A stretch of 64,000 nt of DNA from Vicinamibacteria bacterium (GCA_963668695.2 CAXXLQ010000004.1:3104001-3168000), one strand, 5' to 3'; numbered from the stretch's first letter, positions 30,122 to 41,125 are shown. Program-made: numbers and translations. Notes: generated by a model not told the origin, from the letters alone.

Positions 30122-31105
30122 GTGCTGACGAACTGGCGCTGCCGGATGACTCTCATCGCCATCGCGGCGGGGATGGTCGTGCTTCCCGCCTGCGATCACG
30201 AACGGGGGCGGCCCATGGCGCTCGCAACCGGCACCACCGCGGGCGTCTACTACCCGCTGGGCGGGGCGATGGCGAGCCGTTGGACGCGCGACCTCCCCGG
30301 CGTCGTGGTCAAGGCGGAGGTCAGCGCCGGCTCGGTGACGAATCTCATCCAGGTCGCCAAGGGCGAAAGTGACATCGGCTTTGGACAAGCAGATGCGGTG
30401 GCGGACGCAATTCGCGGGACCGGCCGTTTTCCTGAACCCCTGCCCCTCGCGGTTCTCGGCCGCATCTATCCCAACATCGTGCATTTATTGAGTGTCGAAG
30501 GCCGCGGCGTGCACTCGGTAGGCGACCTTAGAGGGAAGCGAGTGTCCCTTGGGCCTCCCGGATCCGGGAACGAGGTGACCGCGAGAAATGTGCTCCGCGC
30601 GGTGGGAATCGCCGAAGAGGATTTCCGGGTACGCCAGATGAACTACAACCAGAGCATCAACGGCCTCAAGGACGGTACCGTCGACGCCGTTTTTCTCGCC
30701 GCCGGACTGGGCGTATCGTCGGTGGTCGAATTGGGTCTTACGCGGGACCTGGTGCTTGTCCCCTTCACTCCCGAAGAGATCGTTGCGGTCGAGACGGCAA
30801 ACGCCGCGTACCAGGGAATCGAGGTGCCGCCGGGCGTCTATCGCGGGGTGGACGTTCCGACGCTCACCCCCTCGCTTTGGAACATGCTCTTCGTACATCG
30901 CGACCTCCCCGCCGATGTCGCCAAGCGCCTGGCCGCCTCGCTCCTCGCCGGGCGCGAGGAGTTCCGCTCCGTCACCCGAAACGCCGAGTTCATCCAGGTT
31001 GACAGCCTCGCGGAGGTAGGGAATCTGCCACTCCACCCAGGCGCCAGAGCGTTCTACGGAGAAGAGCGTAGGCGCATCGGCGGTGCGCCCGGGAGCCTGC
31101 CCTGA
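30122..31105 (+). CDS. TAXI-family TRAP transporter solute-binding subunit
   Basis: ATGTTAGVYYPLG, GSVTN, DLRGKRVSLGPPGSG, PLHPGA; lipobox-like LPAC. Confidence 0.93.
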   Translation: MLTNWRCRMTLIAIAAGMVVLPACDHERGRPMALATGTTAGVYYPLGGAMASRWTRDLPGVVVKAEVSAGSVTNLIQVAKGESDIGFGQADAVADAIRGTGRFPEPLPLAVLGRIYPNIVHLLSVEGRGVHSVGDLRGKRVSLGPPGSGNEVTARNVLRAVGIAEEDFRVRQMNYNQSINGLKDGTVDAVFLAAGLGVSSVVELGLTRDLVLVPFTPEEIVAVETANAAYQGIEVPPGVYRGVDVPTLTPSLWNMLFVHRDLPADVAKRLAASLLAGREEFRSVTRNAEFIQVDSLAEVGNLPLHPGARAFYGEERRRIGGAPGSLP

Positions 31106-31131
31106 AAGTCAGCCCAGCCCCCGCCGGAACG

Positions 31132-32988
31132 GTGTCGTTTCCGGAGGAGGCAAAGACCGCGCTTTCTCTGCCGGTTCTGCTGACCGGCGCCTCCCTCTCG
31201 CTCTTTCAACTCTGGCAGGCCGTTTTTGGCGCTCTCGGAGCCACCTGGCTCCGACCGATCCATCTCACCTGGATTCTGGCGCTCGGTTTTCTCGCGGCCG
31301 CCGCCTGCCGCCCACGTCGGGAGCGCGCCGTCGATCTCGTTCTGGTCGTGCTTTCCGTCGCCGCGGGAGTCATGGTCATCCGCTTCGACCGGCAGGGCAT
31401 CGACCACATTCTCTATGGCCTGAACACCGTCGATGTGGCCGCGGGAATCACCCTGATCGCACTCCTTCTCGAAGCCACGCGCCGGAGGGTGGGTGCGGCG
31501 ATGACCTCGGTAGTCGTCGTATTCCTGGCCTATAACGCCTTCGGTGCGTCCCTTCCCGGCATCCTGGCGCACCGCGGCTTCGAACTCGAGCGGATCGTCC
31601 GCTTTGAAGTCTTCACCGGGGCGGGGCTCTTCGGCCTCCCGATCGGAGTGGCAAGCAGCACGGTCTTCGTGTTCGTACTCTTCGGCGCGCTACTCGAGTG
31701 CACCGGCGGGGGCCGTTTCTTCATCGATCTCGCGTTCGCCGCCGCCGGGAAGTCGCGCGGTGGACCCGCGAAAGCCGCGGTCGTCGCTTCGGCGGCGCTC
31801 GGCTCCGTGTCCGGCTCCGCCATCGCCAACACCGTGACCACGGGTGCTCTCACCATCCCGATGATGAAGCGCCTGGGCTTCTCACGCGAAGAGGCCGGCG
31901 GAATCGAAGCGGCCGCGTCCACCGGGGGCCAGTTGATGCCGCCGATCATGGGGGCGGGCGCCTTCCTGATGGCGGAGCTCACCAATACCCCCTATCCGCG
32001 GATCGTGCTCGTCTCCCTGCTGCCGGCGGTTTTGTTCTTCGCCGGCACCCTCTTTTTCGTACACGGGCTCGCAGTCCGACGCGGCATCGAGGCCATGCCG
32101 TCGCGCCCGCGAATCCTCGCGACACTTGCCGAAGGGGCCCATTTCCTTGCCGCCGTCGCGGTCGTCGTCGCGCTCCTCCTCATGAACTATTCGCCCCCGC
32201 TGGTGGGGGCCGCTGGGTGTCTCGCGGTCGTCGTCAGCGGCGCACTGAGGCGGCGCACGCGAGTGGCACCGAAACAACTGATCGAGGGGCTGGCGCGGGG
32301 CGCCGTCACCGCGGTCCCGGTGTCGCTCGCGTGCGCCGCCGCCGGCATCGTCGTGGGAGTCATCGGTCAGACGGGAATCGGACTCCAGTTCGCCGAACTG
32401 CTCCTGGGCGCCTCGCAGGGCGCGCTCCTTCCCGCCCTGGGCCTGTCCGCACTGGTCGCGCTGGTGCTCGGCATGGGTCTCCCGGTGACCGCCGCCTATA
32501 TCGTCGTAGCCGTGGTCGCGGCGCCCGCCCTGACCGGACTGGGAGTGCCGCTGCTGACGGCCCATCTCATCCTCTTCTGGCTCTCTCAAACGTCCAACGT
32601 GACACCTCCCATCGCCCTCGCCGCCTTCGCGGGTGCGGGCATCGCCGGGGGGCGTCCGATGCCTACCGCGTTCCAGGCGGTGCGGCTCGCTGCGGGGCTC
32701 TTCCTGGTGCCGCTGCTCATGGCCTACACCCCGCTCCTGCCGGCGGCCGGCGACCCGCTCGGCCTCGCTCAGGGGATCGCCTTCCTCGGTGGCCTCGTCG
32801 CCATGGCAGCCACCGCCGTCGCGCTGTACGGCCACGGACTCCGTCGCGCTTCGCCATCGCAGCGGCTCATTCTTGGCGCTGCGGCAATTCTCCTCATCTT
32901 TCCGGATCCCCTGCTTCGGATAGCCGGAGCGGGTCTCGCGGGTCTCGGGTTCATCCCGCAGTTGCGGGCTCCGAGAACCCTCACGTGA
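31132..32988 (+). CDS. TRAP transporter fused permease (4TM/12TM)
   Basis: GGPAKAAV, SGSAIANTVTTG, EAAASTGGQLMPPIMGAGAF, LGMGLP, TPPIALAAF. Confidence 0.93.
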   Translation: MSFPEEAKTALSLPVLLTGASLSLFQLWQAVFGALGATWLRPIHLTWILALGFLAAAACRPRRERAVDLVLVVLSVAAGVMVIRFDRQGIDHILYGLNTVDVAAGITLIALLLEATRRRVGAAMTSVVVVFLAYNAFGASLPGILAHRGFELERIVRFEVFTGAGLFGLPIGVASSTVFVFVLFGALLECTGGGRFFIDLAFAAAGKSRGGPAKAAVVASAALGSVSGSAIANTVTTGALTIPMMKRLGFSREEAGGIEAAASTGGQLMPPIMGAGAFLMAELTNTPYPRIVLVSLLPAVLFFAGTLFFVHGLAVRRGIEAMPSRPRILATLAEGAHFLAAVAVVVALLLMNYSPPLVGAAGCLAVVVSGALRRRTRVAPKQLIEGLARGAVTAVPVSLACAAAGIVVGVIGQTGIGLQFAELLLGASQGALLPALGLSALVALVLGMGLPVTAAYIVVAVVAAPALTGLGVPLLTAHLILFWLSQTSNVTPPIALAAFAGAGIAGGRPMPTAFQAVRLAAGLFLVPLLMAYTPLLPAAGDPLGLAQGIAFLGGLVAMAATAVALYGHGLRRASPSQRLILGAAAILLIFPDPLLRIAGAGLAGLGFIPQLRAPRTLT

Positions 32989-33030
32989 CGGGGGGAAAGC
33001 GTGAAAGGGGGGCTTGCCCCCCGTTCACAG
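32984..33030 (+). repeat. Family B partial copy (first hairpin only) overlapping the permease stop; possible terminator-like role
   Basis: CGTGACGGGGGGAAAGCGTGAAAGGGGGG-CTTG-CCCCCCGTTCAC. Confidence 0.65.
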
Positions 33031-33240
33031 ATTGACGTATCTGTCGCCTGACACGCGGGAGCGGCGAGCGGTCGCGCCCTGCGGGATCGGAAGGTGGTGC
33101 GGCCCTCACATTGGTACAGCGCAGCGTCATCGGCGCTGGTTTCGCGCTCCCGCCCGATGCCGGCCGGAGGCCGGCGCTCCCGCTGTCGCGCGCGCTTCAC
33201 GCGGGTCAGCAGAACGACGCTCCGCTGTCGCGCGCCGCCC

Positions 33241-33452
33241 GCGTGATCGGGGGGAATGTGTGAAAGGGGGAACTCCCCCTTTCACTAATTGACAACGACC
33301 AATCGGAACTCACCGCAGTGCGCCTGCAGCGCACCAGGGAGTTTCGATTGCCGGCGCGAAGCGCCGGGCGGTTCGGAAGGGGGGCTCACCTTCGAACAAA
33401 CGAATAACGACACCTATCGAGATCGGTGCCCCCCTTCCGGAACGCTCGACCT
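33241..33452 (+). repeat. Structured repeat family B, copy 2 (most diverged)
   Basis: Same order of hairpins as copies 1 and 3, with compensatory stem changes. Confidence 0.78.
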
Positions 33453-33984
33453 AGAGCAGTCGGACGCGCCAGAGGTACTGGAGCGAGGTAATCACCGTCA
33501 GGGTCACCATCGCCGCCAGCAGCAGGGGAGTCACGACACTGTCCACCTGGAACAGGTTCGCGACGAGGAACCAGAGAATCCCCACGACGTTGATCACCGT
33601 CGCGGCCTTCCCCAGCCGGCTGGGAGTGAACTTCCGTCGTTGAACCGCCAGGTTGTAGGCCCCCGCCACGAAAAGAATCGTCGCATCCCGGGAAAGGACC
33701 ATGATCGCTACCCAGGCGGGGATACGGACCGACACCGCCTCGATGGGGGCGGCAAGGGTCACCACCGCGGAAACGATCAGAACCTTGTCGGCGAGCGGGT
33801 CGAGGAGGGCGCCCAGATCGCTGTTCTCTCCGAGCCGACGCGCAAGAGGCCCGTCGATCATGTCGGTCAGGCCGGCCAGCAGGAGCGCGGAAAGAGCGAG
33901 CCCGAAGCGGCCGTAGAGGATGCAGATGACCACGACGGGCGCCAGCAGCAGCCGAAGAACGGTGAGCTGATTGGCGAGCGTCAT
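33451..33984 (-). CDS. CDP-alcohol phosphatidyltransferase family protein
   Basis: ANQLTVLR, DMIDGPLAR...LGALLDPLADK. Confidence 0.92.
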   Translation of the reverse strand: MTLANQLTVLRLLLAPVVVICILYGRFGLALSALLLAGLTDMIDGPLARRLGENSDLGALLDPLADKVLIVSAVVTLAAPIEAVSVRIPAWVAIMVLSRDATILFVAGAYNLAVQRRKFTPSRLGKAATVINVVGILWFLVANLFQVDSVVTPLLLAAMVTLTVITSLQYLWRVRLL

Positions 33985-34009
33985 CCCAAGAGCGCCCCGA
34001 GTGTTCTCA

Positions 34010-34351
34010 ACAACCTTTGGACAAAGTGACGTGAGCGCCGAGGACGGCCAGTCCTCCCGGTGGGGGCGAGGCCCAGTTCTCCCGGTGGGGCCAGTCCTCC
34101 CGGTGGGGGCCCGGCTGACAAGGCGCGTGAGGGAGGAGCCCCCACCGGGAGAATTGGCCCGGGTGGTTTTCGACCGAAACGCAACGATGAGCGGCGCGCA
34201 GCGACGGGGTCAGCCGGGATGCATCGCCGGCCGAGCCCCCACCGGGAGAACTGGGCCGCGTGGGTTTCATCACCGGCTGTTCGGCCGGGATGCATCGCCG
34301 GCCGAGCCCCCACCGGGAGAACTGGGCCGCGTCACTTTGTCCACAGACTGC
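34010..34351. mobile_element. MITE-like family A, locus 5 (six 18-nt units, including a tandem pair)
   Basis: ACAACCTTTGGACAAAGTGAC...GTCACTTTGTCCACAGACTGC. Confidence 0.85.
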
Positions 34352-34356
34352 TTGGA

Positions 34357-35790
34357 TCAGGGGAAAATCCCGAGTTCCTCGTAGGAAAGCCGGATCTTCT
34401 CGAGGGCCACGACGTAGGCCGCGGTTCTGAGCGTCCCGCACTCTGGGAACCGCGTCCTGGCCTCCCGGATTTCGTCGTAGGCGCGCGTCATCTTCTCTTC
34501 CAGGCCGCTCACCACGAGTTCCTTTTCGTCGGACTGGGTGACCAGGTTCTGCCGCATTTCCGGACTCAGACGCCGGCCGGAGAGCGTTTCCGCCGCGTTC
34601 AGCAAGGCATTCGTGTTGGCGATTTCGAGCCGCTTCTCGAGGAGACCGAAACGCATGTGAGACAGATTGCGCGCCCATTCGAAGTAGGACACCACGACCC
34701 CGCCCGCATTCAGGTAGACATCCGGAATGACCGGAATGCCGCGCTCCCGGAGGATGCGGTCACCCTCCGGAGTCGTCGGGCCGTTCGCGGCCTCGGCAAC
34801 GAGCTTCGCGCGCACTCGCGGAGCGGTCTCGCCATGGATCACGTTCTCGATGGCCGCCGGGACCAGCACGTCGCAATCCACTTCCAGGACCGCTTCTGGA
34901 GGCAGTTCTTGCTCCGCATCGGGGAATCCCTTGATCGTGCCGTGTTCCGAGCGCCACTCCAGAAGATCCGGTATCGAGATCCCCCGGCCGGAGCGGACGA
35001 CGACCGTAGCGTCCCACTCGCCGATGGCGACGACCTTCGCGCCGCGGCGAGCGAGGATGTCGGCGGTGTGGAAGCCGACGTTGCCGAAACCCTGAATGGC
35101 GACCTCCTTGCCCGGCAGCCCGCGCGTTAACCCGCTTCCGGGAAAGTCCTCGACAAAGTCGAGTCCCCGCGCGAGACCCAGCACGACGCCGCGCCCGGTG
35201 GCGTCCTCACGTCCCCGGATTCCGCCCTGGGTAACGGGTTTGCCGGTGACACACGCGAAATTGTCGATGCCGCCGGGATGCAGCGCGTCGTAGGTGTCCG
35301 CGATCCAGGCCATCTCGCGAGGTCCCGTCCCAAGATCGGGCGCCGGAACGTTTACGCCGGGACCGATGAAGTTCTTGCGGATCAGCTCCGCGGTGTAACG
35401 CCGGGTGATGCGCTCCAACTGTTCCGGGCTGTAGCGACGCGGGTCGAAGGCGATGCCGCCCTTCGAACCTCCAAAGGGTACGTTGACGATGGCGCACTTG
35501 TAGGTCATCAGCGCCGAGAGCGCACTGATTTCCTGTTGATTCACCAGCGGGCTATAGCGAATACCGCCCTTGAGCGGATGGCGGTGGTGGCTGTGCTCCG
35601 CCCGCCAGCCGGAGAACACCTCCACGCGGTTCCCGAACTTGACCGGGAACCGCGTGTAGTAGATCGAGTCCGTGATACAGATCTGATTGAGCAGACCCTC
35701 CGGAAGCTCTAGCGCCCGCGCCGCCTCGTGGACCAGCCCGTGAACGCTTCGCTCGAGATCGAGATCCCTGGCCGCACCGTTCGTCGTCAT
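34357..35790 (-). CDS. gdhA: Glu/Leu/Phe/Val dehydrogenase (glutamate dehydrogenase)
   Basis: KGGIRY, MTYKCA, PFGGSKGG, QGFGNVG, EAANGP, NAGGVVVSYFEW. Confidence 0.93.
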   Translation of the reverse strand: MTTNGAARDLDLERSVHGLVHEAARALELPEGLLNQICITDSIYYTRFPVKFGNRVEVFSGWRAEHSHHRHPLKGGIRYSPLVNQQEISALSALMTYKCAIVNVPFGGSKGGIAFDPRRYSPEQLERITRRYTAELIRKNFIGPGVNVPAPDLGTGPREMAWIADTYDALHPGGIDNFACVTGKPVTQGGIRGREDATGRGVVLGLARGLDFVEDFPGSGLTRGLPGKEVAIQGFGNVGFHTADILARRGAKVVAIGEWDATVVVRSGRGISIPDLLEWRSEHGTIKGFPDAEQELPPEAVLEVDCDVLVPAAIENVIHGETAPRVRAKLVAEAANGPTTPEGDRILRERGIPVIPDVYLNAGGVVVSYFEWARNLSHMRFGLLEKRLEIANTNALLNAAETLSGRRLSPEMRQNLVTQSDEKELVVSGLEEKMTRAYDEIREARTRFPECGTLRTAAYVVALEKIRLSYEELGIFP

Positions 35791-36758
35791 ATACCGTCAT
35801 CGTAGAGCAGTTGCTTCGAAGTTCCGGCCTCCTCTCCCCGGAGACCAAGGAATTCCGCCAGCGCCGCCTCGCACTCCCTCGGGTTCACGACACACGGGCG
35901 CCCGTGTGTCGCCCCCTCGACGACGATCATCCGGCTCGCCGGGTGACCGTTCGCCCGAAACACGGCAGCCTGACCGTCAGCCGGAGCCCGTCGGTCCTCA
36001 TCGCCGACGATGACGAGTATCGGGACGTCCCCTTCGCCTAGACGCGCCGAGAACTTCTCCACATCCATCTCCCCCGGCTCGAAACCCGCAGTCAGGCCGA
36101 GTCCGATCAGGGTCAGGTCCCCGGCCGGAAAGGGAGGCAGACCGAGCAGGAGTTCCGCGTAGCGGTCCACCACTTCGGGAGCGTTTCGGAAGGTGCTGTC
36201 GAGCACTACTCCCGCGATGTCGTCGACGATGAGAGCCCCCGCCCGCGCCGCCGCCGCGCCTCCCATCGACACGCCGAGAAGATAGAGACGGTCGCGGGGG
36301 TACTCGCGGCGGAGGAACCGGGCCCCCGCCACAACGTCAAGCGACTCGAAGTAGCCCAGGCTCGTGTGGTCGCCGGCGCTCTCCCCATGACGTCTGAGAT
36401 CCAGAGTCAGCGCGTGGCATCCACGGCGGACCAGATATGCGGCCCGGTCCAGAACTTCGTGGCGTGACCGGAAGAGGCCATGTGCCAGCACTACGGAACA
36501 CCCAGCCGGATCCTGAGCCCGAATGAGCCACGACGAGAGACGCACCCCGTCCTCGCTCTCCAGAAGGACCGTTCGGTAGGAGTTTCCGAAATCCCCCGGC
36601 GTCGCACGATCCTCCCGGTCCTGGGGCCGCGTTCCCGCGAAACTCGCGAGAAGCGCACCCACCGCCATCGGCAGCGAGAGGGCGACCAGAAGCAGCAATC
36701 CAGCGACGCTCAGAAGAATCCGGACCCCGCGGCGGTGGCGCTTGCCCGCGACGGTCAT
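35787..36758 (-). CDS. Alpha/beta hydrolase with N-terminal membrane anchor
   Basis: LAHG, DLRRHGES, GVSMG nucleophile elbow, GDED, GATH. Confidence 0.9.
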   Translation of the reverse strand: MTVAGKRHRRGVRILLSVAGLLLLVALSLPMAVGALLASFAGTRPQDREDRATPGDFGNSYRTVLLESEDGVRLSSWLIRAQDPAGCSVVLAHGLFRSRHEVLDRAAYLVRRGCHALTLDLRRHGESAGDHTSLGYFESLDVVAGARFLRREYPRDRLYLLGVSMGGAAAARAGALIVDDIAGVVLDSTFRNAPEVVDRYAELLLGLPPFPAGDLTLIGLGLTAGFEPGEMDVEKFSARLGEGDVPILVIVGDEDRRAPADGQAAVFRANGHPASRMIVVEGATHGRPCVVNPRECEAALAEFLGLRGEEAGTSKQLLYDDGI

Positions 36759-37957
36759 GTCCTCCCAAGGATCCGCCCGCTGGCGACCCCAGGTTCCGGA
36801 ACCCTCAGAATCAGTAGCGCCGCCAGCCCGCCGAGGCCAGCCATCATCCAGCAGACTGCTTCGAATCCGTAGGGATAGATCAATCCACCCGCGGCAGCGG
36901 CCGAGGCGATACCGAGTTGCGAGAACACGTTGGAAAAGCCGATGAACGCGCCGCGGCGGGCTCCCGGTACGAGCTCACTCCGAAGGGCGGCGAACGCGGC
37001 TATACGCGCCACCCCGAGACATCCGAAGAGGAGCAGCGCGACGACCAGCGGCACGGTGGGCAATGCCGGGAGCACCGGAGTGAGGGCAGCGGCCGCCACC
37101 GATACCACCAGCGTGAAGCGACGCTTGCCAAAGCGATCCGAGAGCGGGCCGGCGAGTAGCTGGGACACCATGATCGCGGCGCCCAAACCGCCGTACAGCA
37201 GGCCCACCTGCTCCAGGGGGAAACCGCGTACTTCCTGAAGCCACCCGGAAGCGTAGGCAGAGACCCCCACCAGGCTCCCGGACATGCAAAACGCCGCCAG
37301 CGCAGCGTTCCGGTGCGGCGGACTTCGAAGGAACTCGAGATGTCCGGCCAGGCTCCGGCCGATGGATCCCGAATTCGCGCCCGCCGCTCGGCGTTCCGGC
37401 AAACCAGCCAGCATCGCCACCGCCACAACCGCGAAGAGCGCGATTGCGGCATAGACCCATCGATGTCCGAAGCGCGCTGCCGCAAAGGCCGCGCCGACCT
37501 GCGAAAGCACCGACGCCCCCATCGCCCCGCCCATCAGGAGGGCCATGATCTTTCCTCGGCGCTGGTACGGCACCAGGTCCGCGACCCACGCCACGGCGAG
37601 TGCCGCGATCGTGCCCCCCGCGAACCCGGCGGCGATCCGGGCCAACATGAAATACCCGTAGCGCGGCGTCAGCGAAATCACGGCTGCCGAACTCAGCATC
37701 AGGATGACCGCCAAGAGCAGATAGGGACGGCGACCGCGAGCGTCGGATAGCGGAGCGATGACCAACCCGGCAAACGCCGCCGCAAATGCATACGCCGAAA
37801 TAGCGAGGCCCACACCCGGAACACCGACGTCGAGCCCTTCGGCGAGGGCGGCGATCAGGGGCGTAAGCACCTGCTGGTCGAGCAGCCCGAGAGCAATGAC
37901 GCTGCCCAACACCACACCGGGCCAGGCAAACGAGGGGCTCTCGGGGCGGGTAGTCAA
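36755..37957 (-). CDS. MFS transporter
   Basis: About 12 TM segments, motif A (PLSDARGRR; GPLSDRFGKR). Confidence 0.92.
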   Translation of the reverse strand: MTTRPESPSFAWPGVVLGSVIALGLLDQQVLTPLIAALAEGLDVGVPGVGLAISAYAFAAAFAGLVIAPLSDARGRRPYLLLAVILMLSSAAVISLTPRYGYFMLARIAAGFAGGTIAALAVAWVADLVPYQRRGKIMALLMGGAMGASVLSQVGAAFAAARFGHRWVYAAIALFAVVAVAMLAGLPERRAAGANSGSIGRSLAGHLEFLRSPPHRNAALAAFCMSGSLVGVSAYASGWLQEVRGFPLEQVGLLYGGLGAAIMVSQLLAGPLSDRFGKRRFTLVVSVAAAALTPVLPALPTVPLVVALLLFGCLGVARIAAFAALRSELVPGARRGAFIGFSNVFSQLGIASAAAAGGLIYPYGFEAVCWMMAGLGGLAALLILRVPEPGVASGRILGRT

Positions 37958-38167
37958 CGACAGAGGACCGCGCGAAGGCTACCTTCCAGAGCACCGGGAC
38001 ATCCGCCACAGCCCCGGGCCGCGGCGCTCCCCAAGCCACCCGTCCGCCCTGAATCCTGCCCACCGGGCGGCCGCGCGCCGCCAATCAAATCGTGGCGCAA
38101 CGGCTGAAACCTGGATTTGAGGGGTTGCGTCGATTCCAAGCCTATATATCCTCGCGCCCCCACCCAC

Positions 38168-41125
38168 ATGTCCGTACTCGAGCGATTCGCCTCTCCGCTG
38201 CGAAGCCGCGACGCCGCCGTCCGTGTCAAGGCTGTTCAGAAACATCCCCCGGAGGACACCGCAGCGCTGGCGGAGCTCGCCCGTTCAGATCCGGATGCGC
38301 GGGTCCGCAAGGAGGCAGTGCGCCGCATCGAGGCGCCGCGCGTCCTGCTTGACCTCACGGACAGCGCCGGCGATGACGCCACCCGGCGTCTCGCCCGATC
38401 GCGCGCGGAATCGCTACTCGTCAAGATCGCTGCCGACGATCGGGATCTCGGAGAATCGCAGCGCGCGCTCGGACTCCTTGCCCCGCCGCGCGCGGTGGCC
38501 GAAGTGGCGTGCCGGGCGCGCTTCGAGGCGGTTCGCTTCGACGCACTCGCGCGCCTGACCACCGGACCGGCGGCGGGCGCGGAACGGGACGGTGCGGTCG
38601 CCACGGTGGCCGGAAAGGCCGCCGACCCTGCCCTTCGGAGTCAGGCTCTCGAGGCGATCGTCAGTCCGGCCGGCCTGCTTCAGGTGGCGATTTCCGCCGA
38701 GGATCGCGAGAGTGCCCAAGCGGCGGTCCGGCGGTTGGAAGATCCCGAGTCGCTGCTCGCCGCGGCAAGCAACGCCAGTTTCAAGGGGGTCCGCCGGCTC
38801 GCCCGGCGTCGAGCCGACGAACGCCTGCCACCAGATCATCCCGAGCGGGTGCGGTCGCGCGAGAAGGCCCTTGGTGGCCTGTTGGAACGCCTGGCCGAGG
38901 CCGACCCGGCCAACTCCGGTCAGAATGCGACCCTTCTCGCCGAAGCGGACGAGGTCGCGGCCTCGGGCCCCGCCGCCCCGGAATTCATCACCCGGCTGGC
39001 GGCGCTGCGCGAGACCGTTCAGGGCGGGGGCGCCCCTCACCCGCGCGCCGCGCGTCTGTTGATCCCGGAAGCAACCCTTCCGGCATTCAATCAGTCGGCG
39101 CCCCTCGAAGACACGGAACCACCTCCGGACCTCTCACCGGAGATCGAGGAAATCTTCACCCGGCTGGAAGATCCGGGGGATGGCCTGAGCCTGGACGAGG
39201 TGGACTCCGCCGAGCGGGAATGCGGCCGGCTGCTCGAGAGGATTGCGCGCGCCGGCGCCGCTCGCTCCCGACTCCGGGCGGCGGCGGACGGCGCCCGGGC
39301 ACGGGCGCTGCAGCGCAAGAAGGCCCGAATTCGGGAATTCGAGACGGTCGAACTGGCGGACCACGCCGCACTGCTTGCGAAGTCACTCGAAAACCCCCGC
39401 TCCGGCCCGGAACTCGCACAGGCTCGCCGCGAACTGACGCGTCTCGTGCGGCGGTTCGAGCGCCTGGAACCAGCGGAGACACCGGACACCGAGCGGTTCC
39501 GCAACGCTGCCCGCGGCGTAGAGACCGCGCTCAGCAGCGCCGAAGCGGCACGAAAGGACCACCTCCGACAGTCCGAGGAGCGGATTGCCGCGCTCGAGGA
39601 GCGACTCGGGACGCTGGAGTCATCCGAATCTTTCCCACTCGAGGAAGGTGAGGCGGTGCTTCGCGAACTCGGCGGCCTCCGCAGCAACGCGTCTCTCTGG
39701 CGGCAGGTCGGGCCCGAGCGGCAGGCACGTTTTCAGCGCTCCCAAGCTGCACTCATCCCGAGGCTGCGGGAGGCGCGGGAGATTCGGGAATGGCGTCACT
39801 GGTCGAATCTTGAAGAGCAGTCGGCACTCATTCGCCGAGCCCGGGCGCTCATGGAAGACGACGACCTCCAGCGCGTGGAGCGGGAACTCACGCTTCTCGA
39901 ACGCGCGTGGCACAAGGCCCGGCACACGGGACGCGACCGGGGTCAGGAACTCTGGGAAGAATGGGGGAAGGTCCGGGAAGCACTGCTCGAGCGCGTCGGC
40001 CCGTTGCGCGAAGCCGCGGAGCGCGAACTGGCCCTGCAACTGGAGGGGCTCCGGGCGCTCGCGGAAAAGGCGGAGGAGATCGCCGACGGCAAGGATCCGC
40101 GCCAAGGCGCCGAGATGCGCGCCCTGATGCCCGCCTGGCGAGAGCGCGCCCGGGGAATCGGGAAACGCTCCGAACGCTTGTGGAAGCGGTTTCGCGCTGC
40201 CAACGACCGATATTTCACCGAACTCAAGGTACTGGGAAAGAAACGGTACGAAGAGTTCGCCGCGAACATCCCGATCCGGGACGAACTGATCGGCCGCGCC
40301 CGGGCGCTCTTCGACCAAACGGACGCCGCGGCGGTGCGCGAAGCGGTGCGTGATCTGATGCGGGAGTGGAAGGAGTCGCCGCCCGTCCCGCGCAAGGAAA
40401 GCGAGCGCCTCTGGGACGAATTCCGGACCGCCTGCGACACCGCGCGGGATCGCCTCCGGGAGAAACCGGAAAACCCGAACTCGGGCTCCAGCGAAGCCCA
40501 GGAACACTCTCCGCCGAGGGAAGCGGAAGCCGACCTCCGCACCCGCATCGCGGAACTGGCTGCCCAACCGGCCGGAGAGCGGCGCGACGCCGCGATTTCG
40601 CTTTGGGATGACTATCGGCGGATTACCCGCTCCACCGACCGATTGGCCCGGGAAACCGACCGCGCGTTGCTCGACGTTCTGCGGGAGACCTTCGAAGCGG
40701 ATCCCGAGACCTTTGCCGGCACCCGCCTGGACCAGGAGCAACTCGCCGCGCGTCTGGAAGGCTTGCTGGAAGCGGTCGAGACGCTGGCGGCACCTCGCGC
40801 CTCCGCGCCGTCGGACGCCGGAGTCGTCGGCATTGTGGAACATCTGCAACGCACTCTGCAGGCGGGACGGGCGGCGGACCGCGGGGCAGTCCTGCGGGAA
40901 GACGCACAGGCCGCGACCCAGATTCTGGAGCGAGCCCGCGCTGCCGGTCCGGCGCTCGCCGACCCCACGGTGGAAACCGTAAAGCGGATCGAAGGGCTGG
41001 CCCGGAAGGTCATTGCCCGGGCGCCATCAGCCGAAGAGCAGCCACGGGACCGCGGGCGCGGAGACCGCGGGCGCGAGGACCGCGGGCGCGGGCGTACTCG
41101 CGGGCGACGCCCACCGAGGCCTTAG
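38168..41125 (+). CDS. DUF349 domain-containing helical protein
   Basis: HEAT-like N-terminus, repeated W...G....E.LW.RF..A motifs; ATG at 38168. Confidence 0.82.
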   Translation: MSVLERFASPLRSRDAAVRVKAVQKHPPEDTAALAELARSDPDARVRKEAVRRIEAPRVLLDLTDSAGDDATRRLARSRAESLLVKIAADDRDLGESQRALGLLAPPRAVAEVACRARFEAVRFDALARLTTGPAAGAERDGAVATVAGKAADPALRSQALEAIVSPAGLLQVAISAEDRESAQAAVRRLEDPESLLAAASNASFKGVRRLARRRADERLPPDHPERVRSREKALGGLLERLAEADPANSGQNATLLAEADEVAASGPAAPEFITRLAALRETVQGGGAPHPRAARLLIPEATLPAFNQSAPLEDTEPPPDLSPEIEEIFTRLEDPGDGLSLDEVDSAERECGRLLERIARAGAARSRLRAAADGARARALQRKKARIREFETVELADHAALLAKSLENPRSGPELAQARRELTRLVRRFERLEPAETPDTERFRNAARGVETALSSAEAARKDHLRQSEERIAALEERLGTLESSESFPLEEGEAVLRELGGLRSNASLWRQVGPERQARFQRSQAALIPRLREAREIREWRHWSNLEEQSALIRRARALMEDDDLQRVERELTLLERAWHKARHTGRDRGQELWEEWGKVREALLERVGPLREAAERELALQLEGLRALAEKAEEIADGKDPRQGAEMRALMPAWRERARGIGKRSERLWKRFRAANDRYFTELKVLGKKRYEEFAANIPIRDELIGRARALFDQTDAAAVREAVRDLMREWKESPPVPRKESERLWDEFRTACDTARDRLREKPENPNSGSSEAQEHSPPREAEADLRTRIAELAAQPAGERRDAAISLWDDYRRITRSTDRLARETDRALLDVLRETFEADPETFAGTRLDQEQLAARLEGLLEAVETLAAPRASAPSDAGVVGIVEHLQRTLQAGRAADRGAVLREDAQAATQILERARAAGPALADPTVETVKRIEGLARKVIARAPSAEEQPRDRGRGDRGREDRGRGRTRGRRPPRP

